The position numbers were made by a program, and so were the translations under genes. Source: the human T2T-CHM13v2.0 reference genome, Homo sapiens. From it: a stretch of 64,000 nt of DNA. Location: the NCBI RefSeq assembly GCF_009914755.1, contig NC_060934.1; one strand, 5' to 3'. The notes under the pieces were generated by a model that saw only the letters and a program-made list of their open reading frames with translations, was not told where the DNA came from and did not search any database. Below are positions 12,819-30,662 of the stretch, piece after piece; the first letter of the stretch is position 1; every line of letters starts with the position of its first letter.

Positions 12819-15707
12819 CCCTTTCCGAGCCTCTGATTATCTGTCTGTAAAGTGGGGACAGTAGTAACAATGTGTAAAATGTCATGAGGGTAAAATGAGG
12901 CCACCAAACAGTCAGCAAAAGAAATACCTGCTTATTTCACAGATAGTCTTTTCTCCAAAATCCCAGTGGTAGTTAGCAAGTCAGGACAGCTGACTCCACC
13001 TGGTCCTTTGGAACTCAGGGAAGATTGGGCCGTTATTAGGAAGTGCTGCTCTTTGCAGCCAACAGAACTTCCCAAGGACGCCCGCCCTCCGCCCTTGCTT
13101 GCTATGTGTACGAGTTACAGGAAGTGTGGCTGGTATAGCCCCGCAGCTGTTCAGAAGGAGTGTTTTGGTTTGTCATCTCCACATGAAATGAATGGAGCCA
13201 ATTCATACTGTAACTGAGAAAAGAACATTTTTCAACCATTATTTCTTCTCCCTACTCACTGTTAAGCTCTAGGCCACAATAAATGGCTGCCTGCTGGGAC
13301 TCCTGCACTCTGGGATGACACGTTCAAAGCGTGTGCCCATGTAGGCTGCTGCAAGAGGGTAAGCATGATTGGAGTGGGGTCACTGGGGTCTGGGGAGCCA
13401 GCCTCGGCCCCTCCTGGCTCAGCACAGCCCTCGCGGCCTTGGGGGCCCACAGGGTCACTCTCCCCCAACCCTCCCACAGCACCGGGCTGTCTGCTCTGTG
13501 CTTCACTCTGCACTAGCTGGTTCCTGAGTACCAGGAGGCATTCTCTGATATGCTATGGATACAGTTATGGACAAAATGGACTCTTAGGAAGGCAGCAAGT
13601 AAGGGGAATGGAGGGGCAAAGAGCACACAGCTAAAGATTGCCTGACTCAACTGTGGTAGTCACTGGTGCACTGCAGGTTGGCATTTGCACCCTGCTAGCA
13701 TGTGCTCCTGAAACTGGGGCCGGAGAGCTTTCTTCTCTGTCTGAGCACTCAGAGCAGTGCCTGCCAATGCTGTGACAATGAACGAATGAATAAACAAAAT
13801 GTCAACCCATTTTCAGAGTTTTGTTTAATGTCCCTGGACCTGGATCTCTCTTGAGAGTGAGCATTGAATGGGCCTTCCCTGCCCCTACTGAGAGCTCAGG
13901 GCATGGACCCCAAACGCTTGGGTCTCTCCTCTTCCCTCTTCTGTTGTAAATTTAAATGTCAGGGGGAAAAAAAAAAAGCAAGAAAAATATGTAAATAAAT
14001 ACATTTGCAATCATATGTTATCGGATGAGAAGAGTAGCGGTTTCAAGAGTTACATTCAGAGTAATCGTTGAGCACATTGATGGCAAGTTGATAGTTTCGT
14101 TATTATGAAATATTTACTTTGGACAAAGGAGTATTCAAAACTGACTTACGAGGTATAAATAATAAAGGACAAAGTCATATATGTGCCACCCAGGTGATGT
14201 AATAATTTGTTTTCTTCCCTTCTGTCAGTAGACATTTGGGTTCTGAAGTTTTTGCCTTTAAAACTAATGATGTTACAGATATTCTAGGTTGTGTGCCCTA
14301 GTGCTCCAGCTGGCTGGAATTCATGGGCGGAGTTCGCGAGAAGAGGGAACTATACAGAGAAAGAATTCCAGAGGTCTGCATGGTATCCCATTGAGTCTGT
14401 TGCAGATTACAAAGTCATACATGCATTTGTAAACCACATGAAACCAGACAACTATTGGGGAACTATAAGTTGAACAAATTTCAGATAAGTGAACCTCACT
14501 AGAACTAGAAAATATGTGGACAAGTATGAAAATTTTCTTCTATTATTTTATTTAAAAGATGATTAACTGTTCATGATAAAGTTAATAAGGATGTATTTTG
14601 TAGTTTATAATACACGTAGAAGGAAAACATATGACAACAATAGCACAGAAGATGAGACTGGGGAAATGGAAATACATTGTTCTAAGTTTCTTACTTTATG
14701 AACAAGTATAATATTTAAGGGCAGACTTTGATAAATTAAGAATGCATATTAAAAATCCTAGAATACCAGTAAAAATAACCAGAATCTATAGCTCATGGGC
14801 CAACAGAAAAGATAAAATAGAATGCTAATTCTTTTAAAGAAAAAAAATGTAAAAGAAGATAGGGTAAAGGGGGAACAAAGAACAGATGGGAAAAATAACA
14901 AGTTGGCAGACTTAAACCCAATCATATTAATAATTACATTAAATGTAAATGTTTTAAGATTCAAATAAAAAGACATAGATTAGTAGACTGGTTTAAAAAG
15001 CCAGAGCCTGTTATATATTTTCTACTAGACAAAAATAATGTAAAATGATGACAGAGTCCTATGTAAAGATGGAAGGAAAAAAAAAGGAATACATTGACAG
15101 AAAGATATAAGTAAAATTGTATTTATTTTCAGATCACATAATTATTTACATAGAATATCTTGAATAATGTTGAAAATAACTATTAAAACCAATAAGTGAA
15201 TTTGAGAAGTTTGAGGATACAATTTTAACATAAAATGTATTCTATTTTTATATAATGTAATTAAAAAGTAAATTATAAAACAGTTGCTTTATGTATTTAA
15301 CATTAGCATTATTAAAGATTATTATTTAAAGATATGCAAGGCCTCTCTACTAAACAGCATAAAAACATGACTGAAAGAAATTAAAGAAGACCTAAGTAAA
15401 TGGATCTTTATTAGTTATTGGAAGAGGCAGTGTTACGGAGAGGTCACATCTACACAAATTGCCCTCTGCATTCAGTTCAGTCACACTTTTAAATTATTTC
15501 AAAATGCAAAGAGCCTAGAATATTTAAAACAATCTTGAAAAAGAAGAATGAATTTGTAGGACTTACATTACCTGGTTTCAAGACTTCCTACAAATCTGTG
15601 GTAATCAAGACACTGCAGTAAGGATCAAAACTTAGAACAGTGCAACAGAGAGAGAGACCAGTGTTTTTTCAGTTCTTGTATCTTTGAGAAAGACACAAAG
15701 TAGATCA

Positions 15708-16032
<325 letters not shown>

Positions 16033-16124
16033 AGTCTTGTCAACTAATGGTGCTGAGCAACTGGATATCCATTTTTTTTTCCATTCCATTTTCAGATCAC
16101 TTTAATGGTTAGAAATTTGTTCCA

Positions 16125-16350
16125 TAACTTATTTATTTCCATAGGTTTTTGGGGAACAGATGGTATTTGGTTACATGAGTAAGTTCTTTAGTGGTGGTTT
16201 GTGAGATTTTGTGCACCCATTACACGAGCAGTATACACTGAACGTGATATGTAGTCTTTCATCCCTCACCCACTTCCCAACCATTCCCCCTGAGTCCCCA
16301 AAGTCTATTGTGTCATTCTTATGTCTTTACCTCCTCATAGCTTAGCTCCC
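16125..16350 (-). mobile_element. L1PB-like 3'-end fragment
   Basis: ataggtttttggggaacag..ggttacatgagtaagttctttagtggtg..tgagtccccaaagtc..catagcttagctccc matches a reverse L1PB 3' UTR. Confidence 0.75.
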
Positions 16351-19134
16351 GTGGATAACCATTTTCAGATAAATATTATTCACCATGACCTTGACCTCAC
16401 ACCATACACAAAAATTAATCTGAACTATATCATATACCTAAAGGAGAAGCTGAAACTCTAAAGCTCTTAGAAGAAAACATGAGTATTTTTCTGATTTGGG
16501 TAGGCACACATTTCTTATAACACCAAAATAAAAAACAATGAAAGAAATTATTAATAAATTAAACTTTATTAAAAGACTTCATTAAGTAAATGAGGAACAG
16601 GCCACAGAATGAGAGAAATTTTTACAAAACACATATCTGACAAAGGACTTCTAAGAAGGGTATATGAAGACTCTGATAACTCCATAAAAGGACCAACAAC
16701 CCAGTAAATAACTGGACAAAATATCTCACATTTTCATCGCAAAGACACATAATACACAGATTGGCCCCTGAGCTCATGAGAAAGTGCTCGGCGTCATCAG
16801 TCATTAGGGAAGTACAGGTTAAAACCACAGTGAAAGACATCTGCATATATCCCAGGGCAGCTCAGATCAGACACCACCAAGTGTCGCAGAGACTGCCGCA
16901 GCCTCGCCTCTCGTATACATTGGTGGGTGTTAAAATGTTGTAACCTCTTTGCAAAAGGTCTAGCAGCTGCTTATAAAACTAAGTGTTCTCCTACCCCACT
17001 ACCCAACAATTCCACTCTAGGGCATTTATCCAGGAGAAATTAAAACCTACGTCCACAAAAACGTATTCAAGAGTGTTCACAGCAGCTTTGCTTGCTTTAT
17101 TTATAATTGCTGCAATTGGGAATTGCTTGTATGTCCATCTGTAGGAAAGTGGATAAATTACCTGAGGGATATCCATGTAGAGCCTGTTCCTATCTGTGAA
17201 CTTAGCATTGAAAAGGAATAATCCACAGACACACACAGCCTCGTGGATGAGTCTCGGTAACGTCATGCTGAGCTTAAGGAGCCGGACACAGCAAGAGCCT
17301 GCCTCTGATTATATTTATTGAAGCTCTGCAGTTGCCAAAAACAATCTGGATAGGGAAAAGTTAGAAGAGGAACTGCTTCTGGGGTTGTGCAGGCAGTGAG
17401 AAACTGGGAAGGGGCATGAGGGAATGTTCTAGACCATGACGGCCATGGTCTATATCTTAACAGGTTAGGTCACATAGGTATCTATCTGTGTTTGTCAGAA
17501 TTCATCAAATGATGTTGAAGATGGTACATTTCACTGTGTGTGTAAATTCCACCTTAAAGGAAAAAAGAACCATAAATGGACATTGAACTCTTAATGGTAT
17601 ATGTGCTGAAGGACTTGGAGAGAGTACACTGATGTCTGCAGCTTATTTTGAAATGCAGCAAAAATAATAAAATGGATATGGGGTGGAGAGATGGATAGAT
17701 ATATGATAAAAACAAATACAGGCTAAAATGTCAATTATATCATCTGAGGTATAAAGCTATTCATTGTAAAACTCTTCCAACTCTATGTGGCTGGGGTTTT
17801 TCATAATATGTTGGAGGAAAATAGTAAATATTATGGATTTTTATTCCTTGAAAGCAAATTTGGGGGAAAGATCATGAAAACTGTGGCCTCCTTATCCCAG
17901 ATGGTGAAGATACAACCTAGTATGGCCTCAGCGAGATACTGAGTGCACTCTCAGTTTGCACCTGGAGGGCAGGGTGAGTCTGGGAGGTCTGTGAATTGTC
18001 AGTGGACCTCCCGGTCCCCTCCAGAGCCCTGCAGGATCGGGTGGATACACTGACCTGATGGACAGGAAGAGGAAGCCTCTGGGCCAGACCTTTGGACACT
18101 GTTGCCTTACTCTTCTTCTCCAGCCAAGCGAGTGGCCTTGGGAGGTGAGTGTGGTGTCGCCTTGCAGCCTTGCACTCAGCTTTGCAGCCGTCCCTGTCCA
18201 GCCAGCTTCCACGCAAGTGGAAGACACACAGAATCCACAGCCCAGGCAGCTGCTCTCACCTGTGTGTGGAGCACAGGGTGCCCATCCTCAGAGACCCTGC
18301 CCAGCCCCTCGCTGCCATCCCCTCTGCTAGACCAGGCATGTGGGTCAGCGCTGCCCTGTCTGGCCCGAAGTTCCATGTCAGTAGCCGTGGATCAAACGAT
18401 GAAGGCAGAGTTATCTAATTACGGAGTGTTTTCTCTAATATTTCCACAGCCTGCTGCTGTCATGGAACATGGAGATTCATTACTTAGAATGTCAAATTAA
18501 TAGCGTTCCTGGACCTGAAACATCATTGTGTCAACTTCTCCACCTTTTCCAGGTGGTGGTTTGAGTTTGTGCACATGGCATGCCTATTGCCCCAGCACGG
18601 CCACAGCTTTCCAAAGTGCCGCCCAGGGCTGGGGTCTGCCCACTTCCTCGGAGGTCTGTCCATGCTCCGGGCAGGCTACAGCCTGCAGGATGCAGATGCC
18701 CAGATTGGAGCAGCACCCTGTGCCCTCAAGAGGAGCACAGCTCACACATCCACGTAACTCTTGTCCTTAGCAGTAGTGAGGGGCTTCTGCAGGCAGAGGA
18801 GTCGGCTCCACGGTCCTCCATGTAAACTACCGGGATCAGGAGCCTAGGGTTCAATTCTGCTGTCACGTGTCTGCACTGTAGCCTGTTCTGCCTTCTCAAC
18901 CAGCCCCTTCTAGCTCCTGGGGCAGTTTCTCTTTAGCTGAAACTTCCCTTCATCTTCCACCAATACCATGTTGCGTTACAGTTTCCCTCTTCTCACAGAA
19001 CGAGCCTTGGGAGAGAAGTGTGTTCTGTCACACAGCCTGGCCATGGCTCAGGTCCACAAGGTCAGCTCCAGACTCTCAGTGCAATGAGGGACCATGAGTA
19101 GCTTCTGCTTGCTGAGTGCTTTCCAAGTGGCGGG

Positions 19135-19270
19135 GCCTCTGCCAAGTGCTTTGTGATCCTCATATCCAAGTGGAGGAAACTCAACTTTAGACAGTGACTG
19201 AGCTCCAACAGCTGATCCTTGGCACAGATGAGATTTGAACCTGGGTCCTTCTGACTCCAGAATGCAAGCT
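19135..19270 (-). mobile_element. MIR fragment
   Basis: gccaagtgcttt..gaggaaactca..gagatttgaacctgggtccttctgactccaga core. Confidence 0.6.
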
Positions 19271-20149
19271 CATAGGAAGGGGTAAATTTACTGGGAAGAT
19301 CTCTGCCAGCCAGGTCCTTGATGGCACAGGGCCACGTGCAGGTGGAGTCCAGGCGAGACTTGTCCTTGGGAACACGAGCTGGTTTTGAAGCTACTGTAGT
19401 CCTGGGTTGCCCGCCCATGGGTGTTGTGAGGACGCTCTCCAGCATCACTGCTGCCCACGTGCCCTGAGGGGTCTTAGGTTCCACCCCAGGTCACATTCAG
19501 TGTTTTGTCTGATTCTTCACCAGAAGGGAGCAGCCTCACGCAGACTGAGCAGGAACAGTAGCATTGGTGTTTTCCACAGATCTTTTGGAAGAATTTGAAC
19601 TTCTGATCATGTATATATGACACTTTTTAAAGTTTTAAGTGATGCATGGAAACTTGATATTGTAAATTTAAATATCAGTCATTTTCAGTTTTGTCTCTTT
19701 GCTGCTCAAAATGAAAAATCTTCTCACTCTTCCCCTACTCCATAATATGGTCATGGAGTTTTGACCTAATTAAAAGCATCAGAATTAAGTTGCTAAGTTT
19801 GAATGGGAATGTAGTGGTGTTTAAGGGGACTTAGGAGACCCTGTCCTCATGTCCTTTCTGTCACTATAGGTTTTGTTACTGTTTAAAGTCCATCTGCCCA
19901 GCTTTTAGATAATTAATTCTAATTTTGAGAACTTGGGAGATGTTGCAAAAACTGTTGGAGCTGATTTTAAGATTGGTGTAATATACCTGGTATTACTAGA
20001 GTCAGTCAGTGAAGTCATAGATGAAGTTGTGACATTTGGCCCAGGGTTCCCTGCTGAATTCTGAAATACCATGATGCTATCAAGAGAAGAGCCATGGGTT
20101 AGCCAGTCTCCATGTGACACCCAGTGAGCTTCACTGCTGGTACTCCCAC

Positions 20150-20550
20150 TCTTGTTCCTTCTCGGATGGAGTCAGGTCTGGCCCCAAGCTACAGCAGGAT
20201 ATGGAGGAAGTGATGGTGTGCGACTTCCGAGGCTAGGTCATAAGAGGCCTTGCAGCTCCCAGTGTCCTCAGTCACCTGCTGTGAGGGCAGCCAGTACCAT
20301 GTCAGAGGACATACAGGCAGCCCCAGGAGAGGCCCATGTGGTGAGGAGCCAGGGAAGTCAGCCTTGTTGGAAATAGATCCTCCAGCCCCAGTCGAGCCTT
20401 CGGATGAGTGCAGCTATGCAGAAGACCCCAAGTGACAACTGCTGAGCCCGACCCTTCTGAATTCAAGGCCATGAAAGAAAGGTCATTTGTGTTGTTTGGG
20501 GCCAGGAAGTTGGGGATTATCTGTTACCTGTCTGTAGTGACTGGCACAAG
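20150..20550 (+). mobile_element. MaLR LTR (MLT1F/G/H-like)
   Basis: gaagtgatggtgtgcgacttccgaggctaggtcataagagg..gcagccagtaccatgt..gcccatgtggtgaggag..ccagccccagtcgagccttcggatga..gttggggattatctgttac. Confidence 0.65.
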
Positions 20551-20659
20551 ATGTGAGGCACTCCCCAGTAGTTACTTATTCATCACACTTCCTTTCATAG
20601 CTGGTCCTTGTCCTTTCCTCTGGTGTAAAGTACAGACTGTGAAGACCCGCCCTCTGTTC

Positions 20660-21900
20660 CTTCCAGCTGTTTTTGGCTGTCTCTTGTGTACAAATGCTGT
20701 AGGAGATGCAAAGGTGACTCGCAGCATCCCCCAAGAATGCCTGGGCTTGGTGCTGCCAGAAAGGTATATGAGGAGCCCCGGGTAAGCCAGCACTGCAGGC
20801 AGCAAGGTAGCCTTCAGCTGTGTGGGCTGGGGAGAACTTCATGGAGGAGGTAGCATTTGCACCAGACTTTGAGGTAGATGGGATTTGAACACATGGAGTA
20901 AGGGGAAACAACATGGACTGAGGCTGGGCCTGTGTGTGAAACAGCAAGCAATCCCTTCTGGCTGGAGCAGGGGAGGGTGTGAGGAGGGGCTGCCAGCCTC
21001 CCTCCAGGCCAAGAAGGCCATCAGGTCTCACTGGGGGACAGTGAGGAGCTACTCAAGGCATGATGGGAGCCAGGCTGGACTTGAACAGGACTTATTGGAC
21101 TGTCCAGGTGCTGGGTGAGAGAGGGAGGAGGGGACATGGAGCCAGCACCAGGGGACAAGGGGGACCTGAAGCAGCTGTGACCGTGGATGGCAGGGAAAAG
21201 AAGAAGAAGGGATTCATTTTGGCATAGAGTTGGGAATTGCAGCAGTCACTTGAGAATGACAGAGATGGGAAGGTTAGGGATTGGGGTCAGTGGCATGGAC
21301 GTGAGCGATGAACCCATACAAGTGGGTGAGAAAAAGGCTGAAGAAGGTGAGGCAGCATAGGGAGTGGGTGACGCCAGTGATGGCTGATGTGGTGTGACCA
21401 GAGGAAGGGGCCAAGGGGGCGGACCCCGCAGGGTCCATAATGGTGGTGATTGCCTTGGGGGAGTTCAGGGGTCGCAGAAGAGGACCTGATTATGCCATCC
21501 TCACTTGTAAATTCTGCTTGGTCTCCTGACGCTATCAGGGTCAGACCCAGCCCTCTCATGGCCCGCTGTGTGGCATGTGCTGCTCCCTGGCTCTTGCCCA
21601 TGCCCCTCCTCCTGGCCAAGCCACACTCCACCTGCATCAGCCATAGGCCCTCCCGCCACTGCCCGCCTGCAGGTCTCAGCACCAGCGTTGCCTCCCCAGA
21701 AGCCTCCCTGACCATGGTCCCTGTTGTGTGCCCCACCACCCCCTGTTCTCTGTCCCCCTGGTATTGGTTCGTCTGCTTGTGGTAACTGCTGAATGCCAGC
21801 CCCAATGCCCCCGCCTCCCATTGCCATCAGCGTCACCAGCATCACAAAGGTCAGCACGAGGTAGCTGCTCACAGAATATTTATTAAGAATAAGAAATTAA
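20660..21900. mobile_element. Degraded L2 fragments, apparently one minus-strand (purine-rich) and one plus-strand (pyrimidine-rich)
   Basis: Composition switches near 21480. The right piece ends in an L2-like 3' terminus (agcacgaggtagctgctcacagaatatttattaagaataagaa). Confidence 0.45.
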
Positions 21901-22072
21901 TAAAGGGACTAATTGGTAAATCTTAACATGCCCACACTGGGTCTTTTCCCCATGTCACGTGAGCCTGAACTTGGAACATCCATATTTCCAGAAGACATCA
22001 GGCTCTTTCTCTAGTGACCTTAGAAATCCCCGCATTGAAGGGAGACGGCCCTGGCATGGGGCCCCTGCCACT

Positions 22073-22090
22073 GGGTGGGGAGGGGTGGGG
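22073..22090 (+). other. G-quadruplex-forming motif
   Basis: GGGTGGGGAGGGGTGGGG: four G-runs with 1-nt loops. Confidence 0.55.
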
Positions 22091-24244
22091 ACCAGACTGT
22101 GCCAGGGACCCCAAGGAGTTGGAGGGTGCAGAGCTTCTTGACCTGAGTGGACAGGGAGACCCTCTGAGCTCATCCTCTGTAACAGGATGAGCATGGACTC
22201 TTCAGGGGACAAACTTCGTGCCTCGTGTGAAAAACGAAAGGGCCCCACGGGCTGTGTCTGATGGTGTTACCCACTGCACAGGGAAGGCACCTTTGCACCC
22301 CAGTCCCAGCCAGGAGAGCAGCAGGTCGCAATGTCTTGCTAGCCTGGCCCCTCTGCCCTCAATGACTTTGCAAGCACCTTGGCCTCCCTGTCCCACTCCC
22401 CTGCCGGCACCTGCGTGTCCCTGTCCTGCCGAGCTGCAAGCCTCACCTGCGTGCCTCTCGTCCTCATTTGAATAGGTGAGCAACCAAAGTCAGCTGTGCC
22501 GTTGGAGCCGGATTCCATCACTCAAAATCCAGGCACAGCTCCTTTTGAATTCCTCAGCTGCCCCGAGGCAGGGGCTCAATGTTGATACTGAGATTAATCC
22601 CCAAAGAGCTTCTCATTTCTCTGCAGAGAAATTAAAGCTTGCCAGTTTCCTTTTGCCCGTCCTTCTGACAGCTCTGTCAGTAATGATATGCCTGCCGCGT
22701 GGCATAATCCGTGTCCCGTGGTAAAGAATAATTCATTAAGAAATTTAGGGCCCAGCTCCTTTCCGTTGGGTTGGTCTTCAAAAGTTAACTAATGGCGGCA
22801 GCAGCACGATGATCAATGGAAAATTATTGAACAGAGCTCAGGGCTGCTTCAGACCAGCTCAAGGAGCCACCTGGGTGGAGAGCAGTCAGACCCACCCACC
22901 CCCTTAGATTTGTCAGCATTCCCTGAAACACAGTCAGACGGTGTTGATATGAGGTGTCTGCTGGGCGTGGACAGTGGGGTGGATGGGGTACTGCCCTAGT
23001 TTGGGAAGCAGCTTATTTTTAGCCTTGTAGAAGCAGCGTGAAGTGTCTACTGGTAAAGCCAGCACGACTTCTCCTCCCTTCTGAACACCAGCAAGAAGCT
23101 TCTAGATGTTTCTGATGAACAAATAGGAGTTCCTGTACTGGCTGAGAGGGGCAGCCTACATACTTAGGTTCTTTGGGGAGGTCAGTGCGTTTTTAGCAAC
23201 CATTGGCGCATTGAGCATGAAATGGCGTGGAGCTGAAACTCACTACCAACTGCAGTGAAACCAACAAATGGAAGACGTGAACTGATGCTGGCCCTAATGA
23301 CTCTGGGCAAGACGAGGGACATTATTGTTTTGCATGCATTGATAATGTGTCATCTGGAATCAGATTTTCTACTTTCATGTTGTTCGATAACAAGGTTGTG
23401 CCCTGTGAGTCTGGGATTGTGTGAGGCGAGCGTGCGTATTCATTCTACTGCAGAGGAGGCTGGGGAGGAATCAGAGCATCCTGTGTCTGCAAGGTCTGGC
23501 GTGTTTCTAAGGGAAGGCAGAGAAAGCCAGTGCTCCAAAGACAGCAGAGCAGACGCGAGGTTTGCAGGCATGAGGATGACAAATGAAATTCGCAGAATTC
23601 CTCAGACTTGATTTCCCTCCCTTCTATAATTAACCTCAGGGATACCTTGACTGCGCTGAGGTCCATGTGCTTGAGCACTTGCTGTCCTGCTTGCCCTGCC
23701 CTCCTCTGATTTTTTTTTGCACAGCATGATTCTATTTCTGCTATTGTTCAGAAACCATTAGCACCTATTCAGAAGTCAGTTATTCAGCTTTGAGCTGAAT
23801 GACAATTATTTGAATGGTAAAGGGTGTTAATGTATAATTATTCACATTCATACCAGGACAGTCACAGTTTAATCATTTCTCTGTAGGCTTCCTTAAGTTT
23901 GTGCTTAAAGTCTTAGGCATAATTCTTTTGTTAAATAAGTTTAGGAGGCTCTAAGTATTGGGAAAGTGAGTATAAATACGCCTCTGTGGGAGCTTCAAGG
24001 ATGTGGTGCCTCACCTCCAGGAGCGAGCCTCCTAGGTGAAACTGTCACTAGGCGCCCCACACTTCAGCCAGGAGGAAGGTCCATTTCCGAGGGCTGGTAG
24101 CATAATCTGGCCTCCAGGTGAGCTCTGAGGTTGTGTTCTGGCGTGCCCAGGACTAGATGGAGCCTACCAGGGCATTCCTATGTGTGACACAGAGCCCTGC
24201 CAGGCCCGGTCGGGCTCAGAGTGGGCTTAACCCTTCAGACCCTC

Positions 24245-25073
24245 GATTCCTCTGGACCCCTCTTTAAGATGATTGACGACCCCAAAGAGCTTTTGATGAT
24301 AAGGGCTATATTGTGCACATTTGCCATATTGGAAATTAAACCTAAGACTTTTTTTTTTTTTTTTTTTTTGCGACGGAGTCTCGCTCTGTTGCCCAAGCTT
24401 GAGTGCAGTGACACGATCTCGGCTTACTGCAACATCTGCCTCCTGGGTTCAAGAGATTCTTCTGCCTCAGCTTCATACACCCTGCATATGCAGGCTGCCT
24501 CCTCAAGCAGTACAGCTGGGATTACAGGCACCCGCCACCACACCCGGCTGATTTTAGTGTTTTTAGTAGAGTTGCGGTTTCACCATTTTGGCCAGGCTGG
24601 TCTTGAACTCCTGATCTTGTGATCCACCTGCCTCGGCCTCCCAAAGTGCTGGGATTACAGGCCTGAGCCACCACGCCCTGCCCTGAGACTTTTTAAATGT
24701 ATTAACTTATTTAAAAATAACAACAGTAAACCTATGGCAGGATATCATAGGTAATATGCTTCTGGAAATGAGTTTTCCAAGACAGACACTTGAGGAGAGT
24801 GGCACTGTTGTCCATTTTTGCAGAATGGAATGCCTTGATGCCTGCCTCAGTGGAAGACAGCTGGGTTCTCAGATCTGCCTCTGCGTTTAATCTGTTGTGT
24901 TGTCACATCACGTAGCCCCCAGAAAACTCTTTTGTCACCTGTAAGAGAATGAGAATCTAAAAGGCAAATAACATCCTAGTATTGCTATGGAAATGATTTT
25001 GACCTCACAAACCCCCTAAAGGGGTCTCAGGAACCCCTGATGATCCCTAGACCACATTTTGAGAATCTCTGTT
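24245..25073. mobile_element. hAT-Charlie-type DNA transposon relic (MER119-like), interrupted by an Alu
   Basis: ggacccct..gaccccaaagagcttttg start and ggggtctcaggaacccc..gaccacattttgagaatctctg terminus. Confidence 0.55.
24349..24682 (-). mobile_element. Alu SINE (AluS) with a non-Alu insertion of about 35 bp
   Basis: Poly(T) followed by the reverse Alu body; TSD-like CT(A/G)AGACTTTT on both sides. Confidence 0.92.
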
Positions 25074-25140
25074 CTAAAAAGTCCATTTCTTTTACTCTAA
25101 AATATTACTCACATTGCCTGATATGTTGTGGGCTCCTCCT

Positions 25141-25527
25141 TTTTTAAATTTTTTTATTATACTTTAAGTTCTAGGGTACATGTACACAATGTGCAGGTTT
25201 GTTACGTAGGTATACATGTGCTATGTTGGTGTGCTGCACCCATCTATTCATCATTTATATTAGGTATTTCTCCTAATGCTATCCCTCCCCCAACCCCCCA
25301 CCCCCCGACAGGCCCCAATGTGTGATGTTCCCTGCCCTGTGTCCATGTGTTCTCATTGTTCAGTTCCCACCTATGAGTGAGAACATGCGGTGTTTGGTTT
25401 TCTGTCCTTGTGATAGTTTGCTTAGAATGATGGTTTCGAACTTCATCCATGTCCCTGCAAAGGACATGAACTCATCCTTTTTTATGGCTGCATGGTATTC
25501 CATAGTGTACACATGCCACATTTTCTT
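25141..25527 (-). mobile_element. Host L1PA (about PA5-7) 3' end, left part
   Basis: Poly(T)/ttattatactttaagttctagggtacatg L1PA 3' UTR. It is interrupted at ACATGCCACATTTTCTT by the younger L1. Confidence 0.88.
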
Positions 25528-25762
25528 TTTTTTTGGCATTTTTTTTAATTTATTATTATTATACTTTAAGTTTTAGGGTACATGTGCATAATGTGCAGGT
25601 TAGTTACATATGTATACATGTGCCATGCTTGTGCACTGCACCCACTAACTCGTCATCTAGCATTAGGTATATCTCCCAATGCTATCCCTCCCCCCTCCCC
25701 CCACCCCACAACAGTCCCCAGAATGTGATGTTCGCCTTCCTGTGTCCATGTGTTCTCATTGT

Positions 25763-29605
<3,843 letters not shown>

Positions 29606-29651
29606 TTATTTTGCTCATTAGTTGATGCAGTTTTTTCCTAGTCTTGATGGT

Positions 29652-30662
29652 CTACATTTTGGCATGATTTTGCAGCGGCTGGTACCGGTTGTTCCTTTCC
29701 ATGTTTAGTGCTTCCTTCAGGAGCTCTTTTAGGGCAGGCCTGGTGGTGACAAAATCTCTCAGCATTTGCTTGTCTGTAAAGTATTTTATTTCTCCTTCAC
29801 TTAAGAAGCTTAGTTTGGCTGGATATGAAATTCTGGGTTGAAAATTCTTTTCTTTAAGAATGTTGAATATTGGCCCCCATTCTCTTCTGGCTTGTAGAGT
29901 TTCTGCCAAGAGATCTGCTGTTAGTCTGATGGGCTTCCCTTTGAGGGTAACCCGACCTTTCTCTCTGGCTGCCCTTAACATTTTTCCTTCATTTCAACTT
30001 TGGTGAATCTGACAATTATGTGTCTTGGAGTTGCTCTTCTCGAGGAGTATCTTTGTGGCATTCTCTGTATTTCCTGAATCTGAATGTTGGCCTGCCTTGC
30101 TAGATTGGGGAAGTTCTCCTGGATAATATCCTGCAGAGTGTTTTCCAACTTGGTTCCATTCTCCCTGTCACTTTCAGGTACACCAATCAGACATAGATTT
30201 GGTATTTTCACATAGTCCCATATTTCTTGGAGGCTGTGCGCGTTTCTTTTTATTCTTTTTTCTCTAAACTTCTCGCTTCATTTCATTCATTTCATCTTCC
30301 ATCGCTGATACCCTTTCTTCCAGTTGATTGCATCGGCTCCTGAGGCTTCTGCATTCTTCACGTAGTTCTCGAGCCTTGGTTTTCAGCTCCATCAGCTCCT
30401 TTAAGCACTTCTCTGTATTGGTTACTCTAGTTATACATTCTTCTAAATTTTTTTCAAAGTTTTCAACTTCTTTGCCTTTGGTTTGAATGTCCTCCCGTAG
30501 CTCGGAGTAATTTGATCATCTGAAGCCTTCTTCTCTCAACTCGTCAAAGTCATTCTCCATCCAGCTTTGTTCCGTTGCTGGTGAGGAACTGCGTTCCTTT
30601 GGAGGAGGAGAGGCGCTCTGCTTTTTAGAGTTTCCAGTTTTTCTGCTCTGTTTTTTCCCCAT
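29652..30662 (-). pseudogene. L1 ORF1p, disabled
   Basis: MGKKQSRKTGNSKKQSASPPPKERSSSPATEQSW then stop at codon 49 (30516-30518). Further small deletions near 30271 and 29981; C-terminus REWGPIFNILKEKNFQPRISYPAKLSF..QNHAKM. Confidence 0.92.

Noticed and set aside
25528-25560. 3' transduction in the L1 tail (GGCA interruption of the poly-T)
   Set aside because: Only 4 non-T bases, too short to distinguish from tail mutation.
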